Shown here: positions 11,783 to 24,835 of the stretch, one piece after another
Position numbering within the stretch: the first letter of the stretch is position 1
Layout of the letters: each line of letters opens with the position of its first letter
DNA from: Eledone cirrhosa
Lineage: Eukaryota
Assembly: GCA_964016885.1 (NCBI GenBank)
Contig: OZ024745.1
Span: forward strand, 42,966,001 to 43,030,000
Direction of reading: 5' to 3'
Length of the DNA: 64,000 nt
Notes under the pieces: model-generated
What the model was told of the DNA's origin: nothing
The model's database searches: none
The model's input: the letters and a program-made list of their open reading frames with translations, nothing else
Translations under genes and position numbers: made by a program

Positions 11783-14700
11783 CTGGATATATGGAAAAAA
11801 ATATTTTAGAATATAGAATTTGACAAATCATAAAAACAGATGTTAACCCTTTAGCACATATATTACTCTATATTTACTATTATATTTTCACGGTAAAAGC
11901 TTTATCATCATCATCATCATCATCATCACCGTTTTACGTCCGTTCTTCCACGCTAGCATGGGTTAGACGGGTTGTCCTGTTGTGGGCAGTGTCTGGTCGG
12001 CTGACCATGCCTTGCTCATACAGGAACTGATCTGGCTTGATTTCTACAGCTGGATGCCCTTCCTAACACCAACCTCATTTACAGTGAGTGCTGGGTGCTT
12101 TTTCGTGGCGCCTACACGTCCACTTTACAGTGTGGGCTGGGTGCTTTTTTTGCCGTGGCACCTCCACGACCACCTTGCGGTGGGGGGGGGGGGGGGGGGG
12201 CATATTGTTTATATGCTTCAGCATGTACCCATGGGAGGTCGGGTACCCTGTATTACTGCGTGACGCCAGAAGTCACGGTCGTGTGTCATTGACTTTGAGA
12301 GGTGTAGTTGGGTAAGGTCGGCTTTTATCACCTCATCCCAAGTCATCTTGGGTCTCCCCACTCCGCGGTTTCCATCAACTTCTAGTGCTCTGCACCTTTT
12401 TATGCAGCTGTCATCCTTCATACGCATCACATGTCCATACCAGCGTAACCGCCTCTCCTGCACGCAGCATTTGATTCCTCTTATGCTCAGTCTCTCTCTC
12501 AATTCATTTATGCTTTGTCGTTCACGTATATTACTGTTACACATCCATCGGAGCATGCAGGCTTCGTTTCTCTCTAATCTACGTAAGTCTTCCACCTTCA
12601 GCGCCCAGGTCTCACTACCATGCAACATCGCTGTTCGGATACACGCATCATACAGTCTGCCTTTCATTCTGAGGGAGAAGCCTTTTGCAGCTAGCAGTGG
12701 TAGTAGTTCCCTAAACTTCTTCCATCCCGTTCTTACCCTAGTTATTGTACTTTCTGAGCACCCACCTCCGTTGCTAATTCGGTCACCTAGGTAGCAGAAG
12801 CTGTCTACTGTTTCTACAGGGCCCTCCCAGAGATTGGTGGTACTTGTTTCCTGTGGCTGTTTGCTTGCTGTTTCAGCACAGCTGCTGCATGTGAATCCTA
12901 CATTCTTAATTAAGCTTCCTGAGATCCCGCTACATCTCTTGTGTACCCATTGTTTGCATTTGGGGCAAAGAATGGAGTTCCTACCTACACCTTTCCTACA
13001 TACTGAGCAAGGCCATTTCCCTGAGGGGATCTGGGTTCTGTTTTCTCGTCTACTTATAAGGACCTTAGTCTTTGTCATGTTGACTTTGAGGCCCTTTCTC
13101 TCTAGTCCCTGCTTCCAGGTTTGGAATTTATTCTCTAGTTCTACCATAGATTCAGCTATGAGTGCGAGGTCATCAGCATACAGGAGTTCCCATGGGCATC
13201 CGGTCTTAAACTCCTCCGTTATTGCCTGCAGGACTATGATGAACAAGAGAGGGCTAAGAACAGAGCCCTGGTGGACCCCAACCTGTACGCTAAATTCCTC
13301 GCTATACTCATTGCCAATCCTAACTTTGCTGACTGCTCCCCTATACATGGCTTGTACCGCTTTCACAAGCCATTCATCTACTCCTAGTTTTCTAAGAGCC
13401 CACCAGATTACTGCACGTGGAACTCTGTCAAAGGCTTTCTCAAGGTCGACAAATGCCAAGTAGAGTGGCTTACTTTTAGCTAGGTACTTTTCCTGTAATT
13501 GCCTCACAAGGAAGAGCGCATCAGTGGTGCCTTTCCCTGGTACAAACCCAAATTGCATCTCGTCTATATTCACCCGGTCCCTAATCAGCTGTGCTATAAC
13601 TCTTTCTGTTACTTTCATGACCTGGTCCATCAACTTTATACCTCTATAGTTTCCTCTATCTAGTGCATCGCCTTTACCTTTGTAGCAGTTGACAATGATG
13701 CTACTGCACCAATCTTTTGGTATGGCCCCCTCTAGTATTACCTGGTTAACGATACGTGTGGTTATAGTGTGACCTACAGACCCAGATGCCTTCAGCATCT
13801 CGGCAGCTATACCCGATGGACCGGTTGCCTTCCCTATCTTCATATCTCTGATTGCCTTACTTACTACGCTGCCGCTGACTTGTACTGCTGGTCCCTCTAT
13901 AGGGTCTACGTGGGGTAGGGTCTCTTCTTCCCATGCATTCTCCTCATTTAGTAATCTATCATAATGACTCTTCCATGCATCTTTCTTCTCAGCACTTGTG
14001 AGGGCAAGCTCACCTTTATCATTCCGGATACACTTCTCTCCAATGACATCACAACTATCTCTGACACACTGCCTCGCAATCTTGAATACCTCCTGTTTCT
14101 GGTCCTCACGTTGTAAAACATGCTTGAATTTTCTATCCTCTGCTTCCCTCCTAGCTAAGTATACTTGTCGCCTAGCTTCCCTCTTGGTCTCTATGTAATG
14201 TACCCTGCTCCCCCCGTTCTTCCATTCTTTCCATGCCTATCTCTTGGCCTTGACTGCTTCATCTACCTTATTGTTCCACCACCAAGTCACTCTCCTCCTG
14301 CTTGAGGTCTTACTCCAGCCACAAACCTCATCCGTCGCCTCTAGTAAGTTATTTTTTAGGAACTCCCAGTTCTCTTCTACGTTAAATGTCTCTATCTGTT
14401 CTTCTTTACTGTCGTAGGCGTTGAGTAAAATATCTTTAAATCTGTTACTGGTTGAGGGGACTTTCAGCTTCCAGATCTTTCTTCTCCAGGTTGGCCTCTG
14501 TTTCAGGGCTCGTCTAGTTCTGACCGTGAGGTCGCTGACAACTAAGCTATGTTGGGATGTACATTCCTCACTAGGGAAGGCTTTTGTGTTTACGACCGTC
14601 CATCTGTCACGTCCTCTGATGAGGATAAAATCTAACTGACTAGAGTGCTCCCCTGATCTATAGGTGATCAGGTGGTTGTCGGGTTTTTTAAAGTTTGTGT

Positions 14701-17700
14701 TACATATCGACATGTCATTGGCGTCGCAGAATTCTAGAAGTCTGAATCCTTCCTCATTCCTTGTGCCAACTCCATGGCCTCCATGTACTCTATTGAAGCC
14801 GTCGCAGTGTTTACCTACGTGTCCGTTAAAATCTCCTGCAATGATTAGGAAGTCCTTGTCGTCTGTTAGAGCAGTAGTGTGTATTAGGGACTCGTAAAAC
14901 CTATCCTTAAGTTCGTCTGGCAGCCCCGATTGGGGTGCGTAAGCTGATATTATTGTGGTAATTGTCTTATTCAGGACTAGTCTGAGTTTAATGATTCTTG
15001 CATTTACCCTGTACACTGAGATTACTTTATCTACCCACTTGTCAGCTAATAGTATACCTACACCACCCATCCCATCGTCATTTCCCACCCAGAAAAATTT
15101 GTAGCACTGGCTTTTTCCTACAAGGACTCTAGCAGACCCTCCTCTCCATCTAGTCTCTTGCACACAGCATACATCAACTTCCTTTCGCTCTAGCATTTCT
15201 ACGATTTCTCCTGCTCTTCCTTTCATTGAGCCTACATTGATGGTACCAACTCGGAGTTTTGGGCATTTGTCGACACTCGTAGGGGAGGGTCTCTGGGTTG
15301 GCGCTTCACGTGGGTGCTTGGTAGCTCGCAGATTCATATTTCATCTATTGATTCAGAGTTGCTCGTGTATTCCCAGCTCATCCATCCATAACGGTGGGAA
15401 AATTGAGGGCTAGAAGGACAGTGGTGGTGGGGTAATGGCAGGGTGTGTTGGGATGCGCCAGAGGAGGAGAGAGTTAGTTAGGCAGGTAGTAGCAGCAGCA
15501 GCAGTGGAAATGGCATGCTAGGTTTGATTGGTCGAATAGACTATGGTGGTGTGTGGGGGTGGGGGGGAGGGAAATTGTGAGGTAGGAACTGAGGGTCGCA
15601 TGGTAAATATCCAAGTTAATACTACATCAGTAAAATTAACAATAATAACGTCATGAAAAAAGCTACTAAGAGAAACCCTCGAAAATTTATCGCTAATACA
15701 GCAGGGAAAATTTAACGCTAATACAGCAGGGAACATCATAATATTAACGACAATATGTAGGCTAAAATACCTTCGTAGATTAGATGGATATCTTACATAA
15801 TATCAAATCTATGAGATTTTGATATTATTTATTTTGAGAACAATATCTTAATATCAGTATGAGTGACCGGTTACAGCCGGTTTAAACAAAGAAGTGAGAA
15901 AAGTTTAAATGCTAAAGGGTTAAGTGATCATGATGATGATAATCACTTTAAATGAAACAGTTCTATATCAGAAGCAGGGGCAGTTTCATGTGGTTTGATA
16001 TTTAATAAAAGCTGTTAAAGCAATAATACTAAATGGAATGTAAATCAAAATAATATGGAATGAGAGAAATGTAAGGAAGACCAACCAAAGTGAAAAATAT
16101 AAAAATGCACAACCATATTTGATCATCATCATGATCGTTTAACGTCTATCTTCTATGCTAGCATGGGTTAGACAGGAGTTGTCCCAATTTGAGGCAAGGT
16201 TGGTCGTATAGGACTATCTGGCAGGTTTTCTACGGCTGGATGCCCTTCCTAACAGCAACCACATTTATAGTGTGGACTGGGAACTTTTTACCGTGTTACC
16301 TACACAGCCACATTACAGCGTGGACTGTGTGTGTTTTTGTCGTGACACCTACACGATCTCGATCTCATTATCTCATTTATTTGGATTGGATGTTGTGGTA
16401 CCAACTTTACAGAGAGAGGTTGGTGGGAGTGGGAGGATGGAGTAGGGGGTAGTGGATTGGGGTGTATATTTGGTTAAGAAATGCCTACTGACTGTAGGTT
16501 TCGCTTTGTACATAGGCAAGGCGGGTCTTCTGTATTACTGCATGGCACCAAAGATCTCGGTCCAGTGACATTGTCTTAGAGAAGTGCAAGTGTGTAAGGT
16601 TGGAATTTATCAAATGGTCCCAGGTTTTTCTGGGTCTACCTACTCCGTAACTTCCATTAATTTTGATCGCCCTGCACTTTTTTATACAGCTGTCGTCTTT
16701 CATGCGCATCACGTGACCATACCAACGTAGTCTTCTAAAATATTAGATAATTTCTAACCAAATAATTTTTTCAAAATTCTTCTCAACTTCAGCATCCTAG
16801 TGTTGAAATACTCCTCAATTATACAGTCTATTGTTGCTAACAGACTATCTCCTTTCACAGTAAATATTCTCAGCTATTAAAAGTTCATGCTTCATTGGAT
16901 GTGCAATGTAAATGTGAGAGAAAGGCAGAGCTTGGATGAACTAAGGGAGAAACTGGGTTTAAGAAAGAGGACTACGTTAGTACGGACATGTGATGTGCAT
17001 GGATGATGATCGCTGGGGGTGAAGAAGTGCCAGGAAGCCTCAGTAGAGGGAAACCGTGTGAAAAATCTGGGCAGAGGTGGTGAGAGTTAATCACAAATCG
17101 CTGAGACTCACAGAGGAGATAATAAAGGAATATGGCAAGTGGAGAGATGCTGTGTGCTGAAAAGGACCCATCCAACCCATACAAACATGGAAGAACAGAA
17201 GTAAAAATGATGTATTGGCCACAATTAGGCACTGCCACTCTATTTTCAAGTAATAGCAAGTGCAAAAGGAATTTTCAGGTCAACTTCAACAATCATCATT
17301 TGTCCTGTTTTGAAAATGTGAAACAATCGTTCACATTTAATATTTTTTGTAGTCATTTTCTCTAAGTAAAATGCTTATTTTATTATCTACTGTCATCAGT
17401 TAGCTCTTTTTATAATACTACACACCACTGTAAATATGGTTGACATTAGGAAGGGCATCCAACCATAGAAACCTAGCCAGAATCAGTTCTATATGAGTAA
17501 GACATGGTCACCTGACCCAACTTCAAATGGGACAATCCGTCTAACCCATGCTAATATGGAAAATGGATGTTAATGAAGACGATGAAATTAAGTGTTTCCA
17601 TTGAAACAAATCACAGATTTTTCACTAGCAAAAAGAAAGTCAACTTGTTTTGATTGTGAACTTCATCTAAAATATTTGCAGTAAATTGAAAATGGACTCA

Positions 17701-20700
17701 CTAAATATGAAAACATATTTAGGAGTGATTTTGTATTTTGTATTTTCTACAAAAGATACTGTGAATATATTGAAAACAAGAAAAATTTAGAAAATAATAG
17801 TCACTGAACAAAACAGCATACCTGTGCAGTTTTGTCAAAATACATATTTCTATGTACTGAAAATGTAAACAGATATACACAAGTGTGTGTGTTGTGATAC
17901 AGAAATGTGAGGAGCTAAGTGTGTGTGTATGAAAACGTGAGAAAAAAAAAAAGAGTGAGGAAATATAAGAAATGAGTAAAAAGAAAGTTGAAATGTTAAA
18001 AAATGAAAATAATACCAAAATCACTTACCCTTAAACCATGTACTTGGTCCGAATCTAAATAGGAATCAGATCTCAAATAGACTGAATAATGATAAATACC
18101 AGGCTTTCTTGGTGCAGAAAATTTTACTTCAATCTGCAAGAGAAAATATATAAATAACATTGTATCAAGAGGGAACTTTAAAACCCAGGAGTTCTGAAAA
18201 TATGGCCATGTCAATCATCATCATTTTATATCAGCTTGTCATGGTCTGAAACCAGATGAATCAGAGCAATCCATTTGGCTTGTTAACATTTTATATTTGG
18301 CATGGTTTCTATAGCTGGATGCTCTCCCTAATGGCAACCACCTTACAGTGTGTACTGGGTGCATTTTGCAGTGGCACCAACACTTGAGAAGTTGTTACAT
18401 ACTAATACAGACTGAAGGCTCTACTCAAAATCATTGCTTCTATTTGATCATTAACATTATAACATGTGGTCACTCACTACATTTACATTTAGTGTTGCAG
18501 TGCTTGTACAGGGTGATGAGTCTTTTGTATTATGGTATATTGGCACTTATCTACAGTTTGTGTTATCTCCTTCATGAGGTTCAGTTTCTGGAGGCCATCC
18601 TTCACAACTTCATCCCATGTCATTATTAGTCTACCTCTTTCACAGGGTTTATCCACTTCCTGCATTTGGCACCTTTTTATACAACTCTCACTCTCCTTAT
18701 GTATCCCATGACTATACTAACATGATTGTCTCTCTTGTATGATATATTTAATTCCTCTTATCCTCATCTTTTCTCTCAACTTGCTCATGCTTTGTTGTTC
18801 ATATACACTAATATTACACATCCAGCATGCTTTGTTTCTTTTTAGTTGCTACAAACCGTCTGCACTCATCGCCACCTATCTAACTAGCTTACAACATAGC
18901 AGTTTGAATACAAGCATCATAAATTTTCCTTTCACCTTTTGTTGCCAGCAGAGGTAACATCTTCCTAAACTTCTTGCACTTTGTTCTCACTCTAGCTATT
19001 ACACTTTCAATACATTTACCACTCATTCCCTGGTTGTCCTCCAATGTTTTCTGTTTGGTTTTATACAAGAACTGTAAAAAGGGCAGATGAACTCCTCAGA
19101 GTCAACAGCCATCCACCCCAACTATGGGTTAAGCAGCCTCACCAACCTGCAATTGGTCAAGTGTCGTGACTAAAGCTACATTCCTAACGTGAATACTAAT
19201 CAGTAATCATTAAATAAATTACCTTTTCTTCATATTTTAGGCTCGAAATATACACAGGTGCAGATATAAGCATTTTCTGTTTCCGGTCAGCAATATACAA
19301 CCACCAACACTCCTGTTTTTCCTAAAATTTAACAGAAAAGTTGTCATCAAATATTTTATCTGAAATAACACAGACATCATTATAAATAACAATACTGTTC
19401 AAGGTGAAATAAATTGGAACAAAATAAAAAAAACAATCATTGTTAAATCAAACATTTAGGTTAGAAAATTAGAAAAACATCTCCAATGAGAAATTGTACT
19501 CACAAGAGGGAAATATGGACAATGAACAGGATGACTTTCTTTAGATTTTGTTTCTAAAATAGTTTCCTTCTTTATATCAGCCTGATATTTAGACCAATCT
19601 TCATCATCATCTTTCGAATGAGAATTATCTTTCCAATTGCCTTCTTTTAAGTCATCATCAGAATTTTCACTTCCTTCATGATCAGACCCATTTTCGCTCT
19701 CACCTTTACCATTCTCAGTCTCTGCCACCTGAATTAAACAAGTTATATTTTTGGTGTTCACTACTAATGCAAATTTTCAGTAAACAAATCTTACAAGTTG
19801 TTCTTCATGAAAAAGAAAATGCTATCAGGCTAAAATACACTCACTTTTATTCTTTGTGATACAAACCAATTCAAAAATGCATCTTTAATAGGTGGTTATA
19901 TAAAGCCAGTGGAAATGACATACATAAAAATGCTTTAATCTATCAGGTTTGCTATCAAATTTTACTAGTTTTACAATTAGTTCTCCAGTTTTCATCAGTT
20001 GATTTTGCCTATAATTTCACTTCCATTTTTGTATTGGATAAAGTTGTTTAAACTCTGTTGTACAGAACTTTAATATTACAGCTTTTATGCTTATAACAGT
20101 ATGTACAGTAACAATATGCAACATTTCTCACACAGGACAATTATTACTGTATGTAATTACAACCAATTTGTTTTCAATTTTTACATACATTTAAAATTTT
20201 TTTTAAACACTTGCATTCTGTTGGAGAAACTATTTTTAAAGCTAGGTACCATTTCTACAGCTTGTAAAGTGAAAGGAGAATGACTGAGACAATCACCGTT
20301 ATATGAGTTATCCCAGGGCTCAATAACAACAGTTGTAACAAGGTTAAAACATATGACAATGTTGCCCAACATCTTTATTATATATCATTATAATTCATTT
20401 AATGTCTGCTTTCCCTGTTAGCAAGGGTTGGATAGGGTCATCACAGAATGAGTAAATACTTAATAAGAGCTACCCACCTAATAGACTGACCAAAGGGGAG
20501 GGGGCGTCTTGCTTCCAGGACTCTATAGAGTGCACTGTTTGCATTTTATCAAGGCATCATACAGAGTACCCGACCTCCCATGGGTACAAGCTGAAGCATA
20601 TAGACAATATGCCCCCACACTCCCCACCGCAAGGCGGTTGTGGAGGTGCCATGGCAAAAAAGCACCAAGCCCACACTGTAAAGTGGACGTGTAGGCGCCA

Positions 20701-23666
20701 CGAAATAGCACCCAGCACTCACTGTAAACGAGGTTAGTGTTAGGAAGGGCATCCAGCTGTAGAAATCAAGCCAAATCAGTTCCTGTATGAGCAAGGCATG
20801 GTCAGCCGACCAGACACTGCCCACATCAGGACAACGCGTCTAACCCATGCTAGCGTGGAAGAACGGACGTAAAACGGTGATGATGATGATGATCAGTACT
20901 AGGGAAGTTGTTAAGTTTTGGACAACTGATGAGTCCTCCTGACCCATTGTTTGGTAAGTTTTCCATGGTTGGATGCCTTTCCTATTACCAACCACTTAAC
21001 ACAATGTACTTGGTATGTTTATCATGTAGATCCCCAATGTTGATGTGCCTTTCACACAACTAAAGAGTATTCACGACCCTTTTTTTGGCATGGTTTCCCC
21101 ACCTGGATGCTCTTCATATCATTAACCCCCTCACACTGGATGCACTGGGTATATTTTTTGTGGTACCAGCACTAGAAAGCACCTCATGGCCTGGCTGGGG
21201 GTCACAAATTAATGGAGGGAGAAACTAGGTTTAAGAGGAATCTGAAGTAGTGTACAAGAGAGAAGACTACGTTGGTACAGACATGTGATGCGCATGGATG
21301 ATGATTGCTAGGTGAAAAAGTTCCAGGAAATCCCAGTGGAAGGAAGCCACAGTAGAGGTAGACAAGGGAGGACCAGAGTAGAAGTGGTGAGAGTTGATCT
21401 CAAATTGCTGAGACTTACAGAAGTGAGAAAGGAACGCCATGAGTGGAGAGTTACTGAGCTGAAAAGGTTCCGTCCAACCCATGCAAGCGTGGAAAAACAG
21501 ACGTAAAGACAATGATGATTACTATTACTATTATAATTCACAACACTAAGCACGCAGTTGATCCTGTAAAAGTGATAGTACCAGTGTCACAATAAAATGC
21601 TACCAGTACATGCTGTAAAGTGGTTGAAGTTAGGAAGGGTATCCAACTATAGAAACCAAGACTGCATGTACTAGCAGGACCTAGTCACCTGACCAGTCAG
21701 GCTTCAGCAAGTGACAGGCATTTAACCAATGGAAACATGGAAACTGACATCAACTGGTTATGCAACCAAGTTTAAAAAGAACATGTTTAATTACTTCAGT
21801 GCATTATCTGAAAATTATAAAATACCTCAGAACTAGCAGGACCAATTGTAGCAACTGTTCCTTTCTTATCCTCTTTACATTCTGCTGCTGCTGCTGCCGC
21901 CGCTGCTGCTGCTGCTGCCGCTGCTGCTATGGAAGCTGCATTAGATCGCGGTGGGGGTCCTTTAACTTTCTTATTAGATTTCTTGCCAGATTTCTTGTTA
22001 TTTTTCTTCTTTTTCTTTTCCCAGGGTCTTAGAGGTCTCCTCTGTGGAGATTCAGTTACCTAAAAAGAAGAAAAGATACCATTTTACTACCATTTTTCCA
22101 ACCTTAGGATGGTTTTATTTATTGAAATATTTTTCCTACTGCTTAACTTGAAAGAGAAAACGCATCAATTCTAGCTTTATTTGTTACCTATATAAATGTA
22201 ATGGTTGAATTATCAAAAAATAAATAACCCAAGCTAGCACATCAGCTAGATTTGCATATTTTAACATTTACTAAAAATAACCTTTGAATCACTATAAACT
22301 CATTTTACTTGATGTACTTAGCCCACTCTGTAAAGTGGTAGTGCTGGTGTCATAATAAAATGCTCCCATCCCACAATGTGGTAGTGCTAGTGTCATGATA
22401 AAATACACCTAGCCTACACTGTAATGGGGTAATGCTGGTACCACAATAAAATACACCCAACCCACTCTGTAAAATGATAGTGCTGGAACCATGATAAAAT
22501 GCATCCAGCTCACTTTGAAAAGTAGTAGTGCTGTATATTTTTTTCTTGATAACATAAGCAGAAATTCTTTAATAAAGCAACCACTTTTTATCAACCCATA
22601 CAATTTATTTATAAAATGCTCAGCTTTAATGGGAAAAGAAGCATTTCATAAGATAATGAATTAAATACAAACCCTATTTTCAGTTTCGTCTTTTGCATAA
22701 AGATCCTCAGCATCAATCTGCTCTTTCTTCTCCACCCTTTTACTAGGGGAGTCTGTTGTGTGACTAAAATGTTCTCCCATGTTTTCTCGCTTAAGGTTTA
22801 CAGTCACTGTCACTATAGAGCCAGCTGTGATGGTTGAATCATCATCATCAATAACTGAAAATCAAAGGATAAAATGAGTTACAAGAAAACGCAATGTCAC
22901 TACCTATAACAAGCTAATCAAAGAAAAAGTACAGACAACTCTTGTACATCATCACTACCATGAACAATACAAAGACTAACCTATCACAATCCCCATCATA
23001 ATTATTAAAATCATCATCATCATTGCTTTTATGTTAATTTTTCCATGTTGATGGGACTTTTTGAGGCAATCTTTTATAGCCAGATACCCTTCCTGACCCT
23101 AACCTTTACAGTTGCCTCTTATGACATACAGGGATATATTGTACTTATTTTAAACTGGATACACACCGCATAGTTTTAATAAGTGCACAGGTTTTAGCTA
23201 CTCAGAAAGCAGGATATCAAGACACCATGTGTTATTAAAACCATGTCTACAGATTACATCACTAAACGTTATTTAGTTTTAAAAAAGACTCTTAAATAAT
23301 AAAATTAAATTAAACTTTTAACATACTGTATCACATGAAATCACATGAGCAACACATTTTTGAAAAATATAAAACAGCATTATAACTGCATTACATTAAA
23401 AATTCAAGTTTTTACTTTAGTTTACTGCAAATTTTTGATAATTTGTTCACTAGTCAAGATACTATAAACATTTGAATTAACAAATCTGTTTTTAGATATT
23501 TCCTGCTTAATCATCACAGGCTAGTAAGAGTTAAATTAAGTGACATAAAAGTGTCTTTATTGGAGCTAATGCTCCAATAAAGACACTTATATGGCAGGAG
23601 TTCAGTGCCTGGATCATTGAAGCTGAATGAGCAAGCAATATTACAAGTTTCAGAATCACTAATATG

Positions 23667-23699
<33 letters not shown>

Positions 23700-24800
23700 T
23701 ATATGGCTGGGACAACGGAGTAACAACAATCTACTTCCATAGATTGAATATGACAAACACTTGGAAAAATCTGAAAAGTATAATAGCCAAAATATTGTAA
23801 CAATAATAATTGTTTCTACTTTTGGCACAAGTCCAGCAATTACCCCAGTGCATTACTGGTGCTTTATTTTATCGAGCCCTTATAAGGATGAAAAGCAAAG
23901 TTAACCTCGGTGCGATTTGAACTCAGAACGTAAAGGGCCGTAAGTATCATGCAAAGCATGGCGTCCGACCCTCTACCAATACTACAAATCCATCACCTGT
24001 AACAGTAATAATTAAAGAACAAATTCTATTGTAATAGATATAAAAATGGCAAGTTATCATCATATCACCCTTATTGTACAGCCTAGAGCAGGTGTCACGA
24101 TAAAATGCACCGAATACATTCTGTAAAGTGGTTGTGGACAACTCATCCAACTAATTGCAAGCATGTAAAGCAGACGTATGATGATGATGATGATGATAGA
24201 GATTTTCCATGCTAGAATTGGTTGGAAAAATTATTACAGACTAAGTCCATACTTATTGCCCTCCTAGACAGGATAGGGGACCACATCTTACTAAGATACA
24301 TTCCATTTTGGCATGGTTTCTATGACTGGATATTCTTCCTGACAGAAACCCCTTTGCAGAATATACTGATCACATTATATTATGGCACCACCAATAGAGA
24401 GGTTGTCTTTTCCTTGATGCTACTGAAGAATACTCTTTACTTACCTTATGTTGAAGTATAAAAGACAAAAGAATATTTCCATAAGAAACAGAAGCTTTAA
24501 CAGAAATCTCCACTGCAGGCATACCAAATAATGACAAGCCAAATAAAATGAAATATTTACCTTCAGATTTTACTTCAAATGTTATATAAGGCATTGATGC
24601 AGCAACCTCCAGTAAGTTTTTATACTCTTCTTCACTCAAGTTACGAAGAATGAATCGGCGGTCATCATCTTTCATGAGCAAAAAGTCTTTCACACTTCGA
24701 ATATTTCTCTAAAAGATTAGACATTTATTTAAAGATTGTATATTACATATATATCATCACTGTTTTACATCTATTTTCCATGCTTGCATGAGTTAAACTA

Positions 24801-24835
<35 letters not shown>

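Noticed and set aside
12182-12200. Poly-G runs as functional G-quadruplexes (also ~9394, 32090, 43350)
   Set aside because: Sister copies have mixed sequence at this position, so slippage or a homopolymer error is more likely
12348-14897. Plus-strand ORFs of up to 209 aa
   Set aside because: Antisense shadows of the RTE coding frame
15340-15788. HDV-like ribozyme in the RTE 5'UTR
   Set aside because: I could not identify the nested double-pseudoknot pairing by eye; a covariance search would be needed
21760-22032. Poly-Cys ORF on the plus strand
   Set aside because: Antisense reading of the SEC63 poly-Ala codons
22320-22530. CRISPR-like periodicity
   Set aside because: Degenerate tandem units with no unique spacers and no cas genes, in a eukaryotic intron
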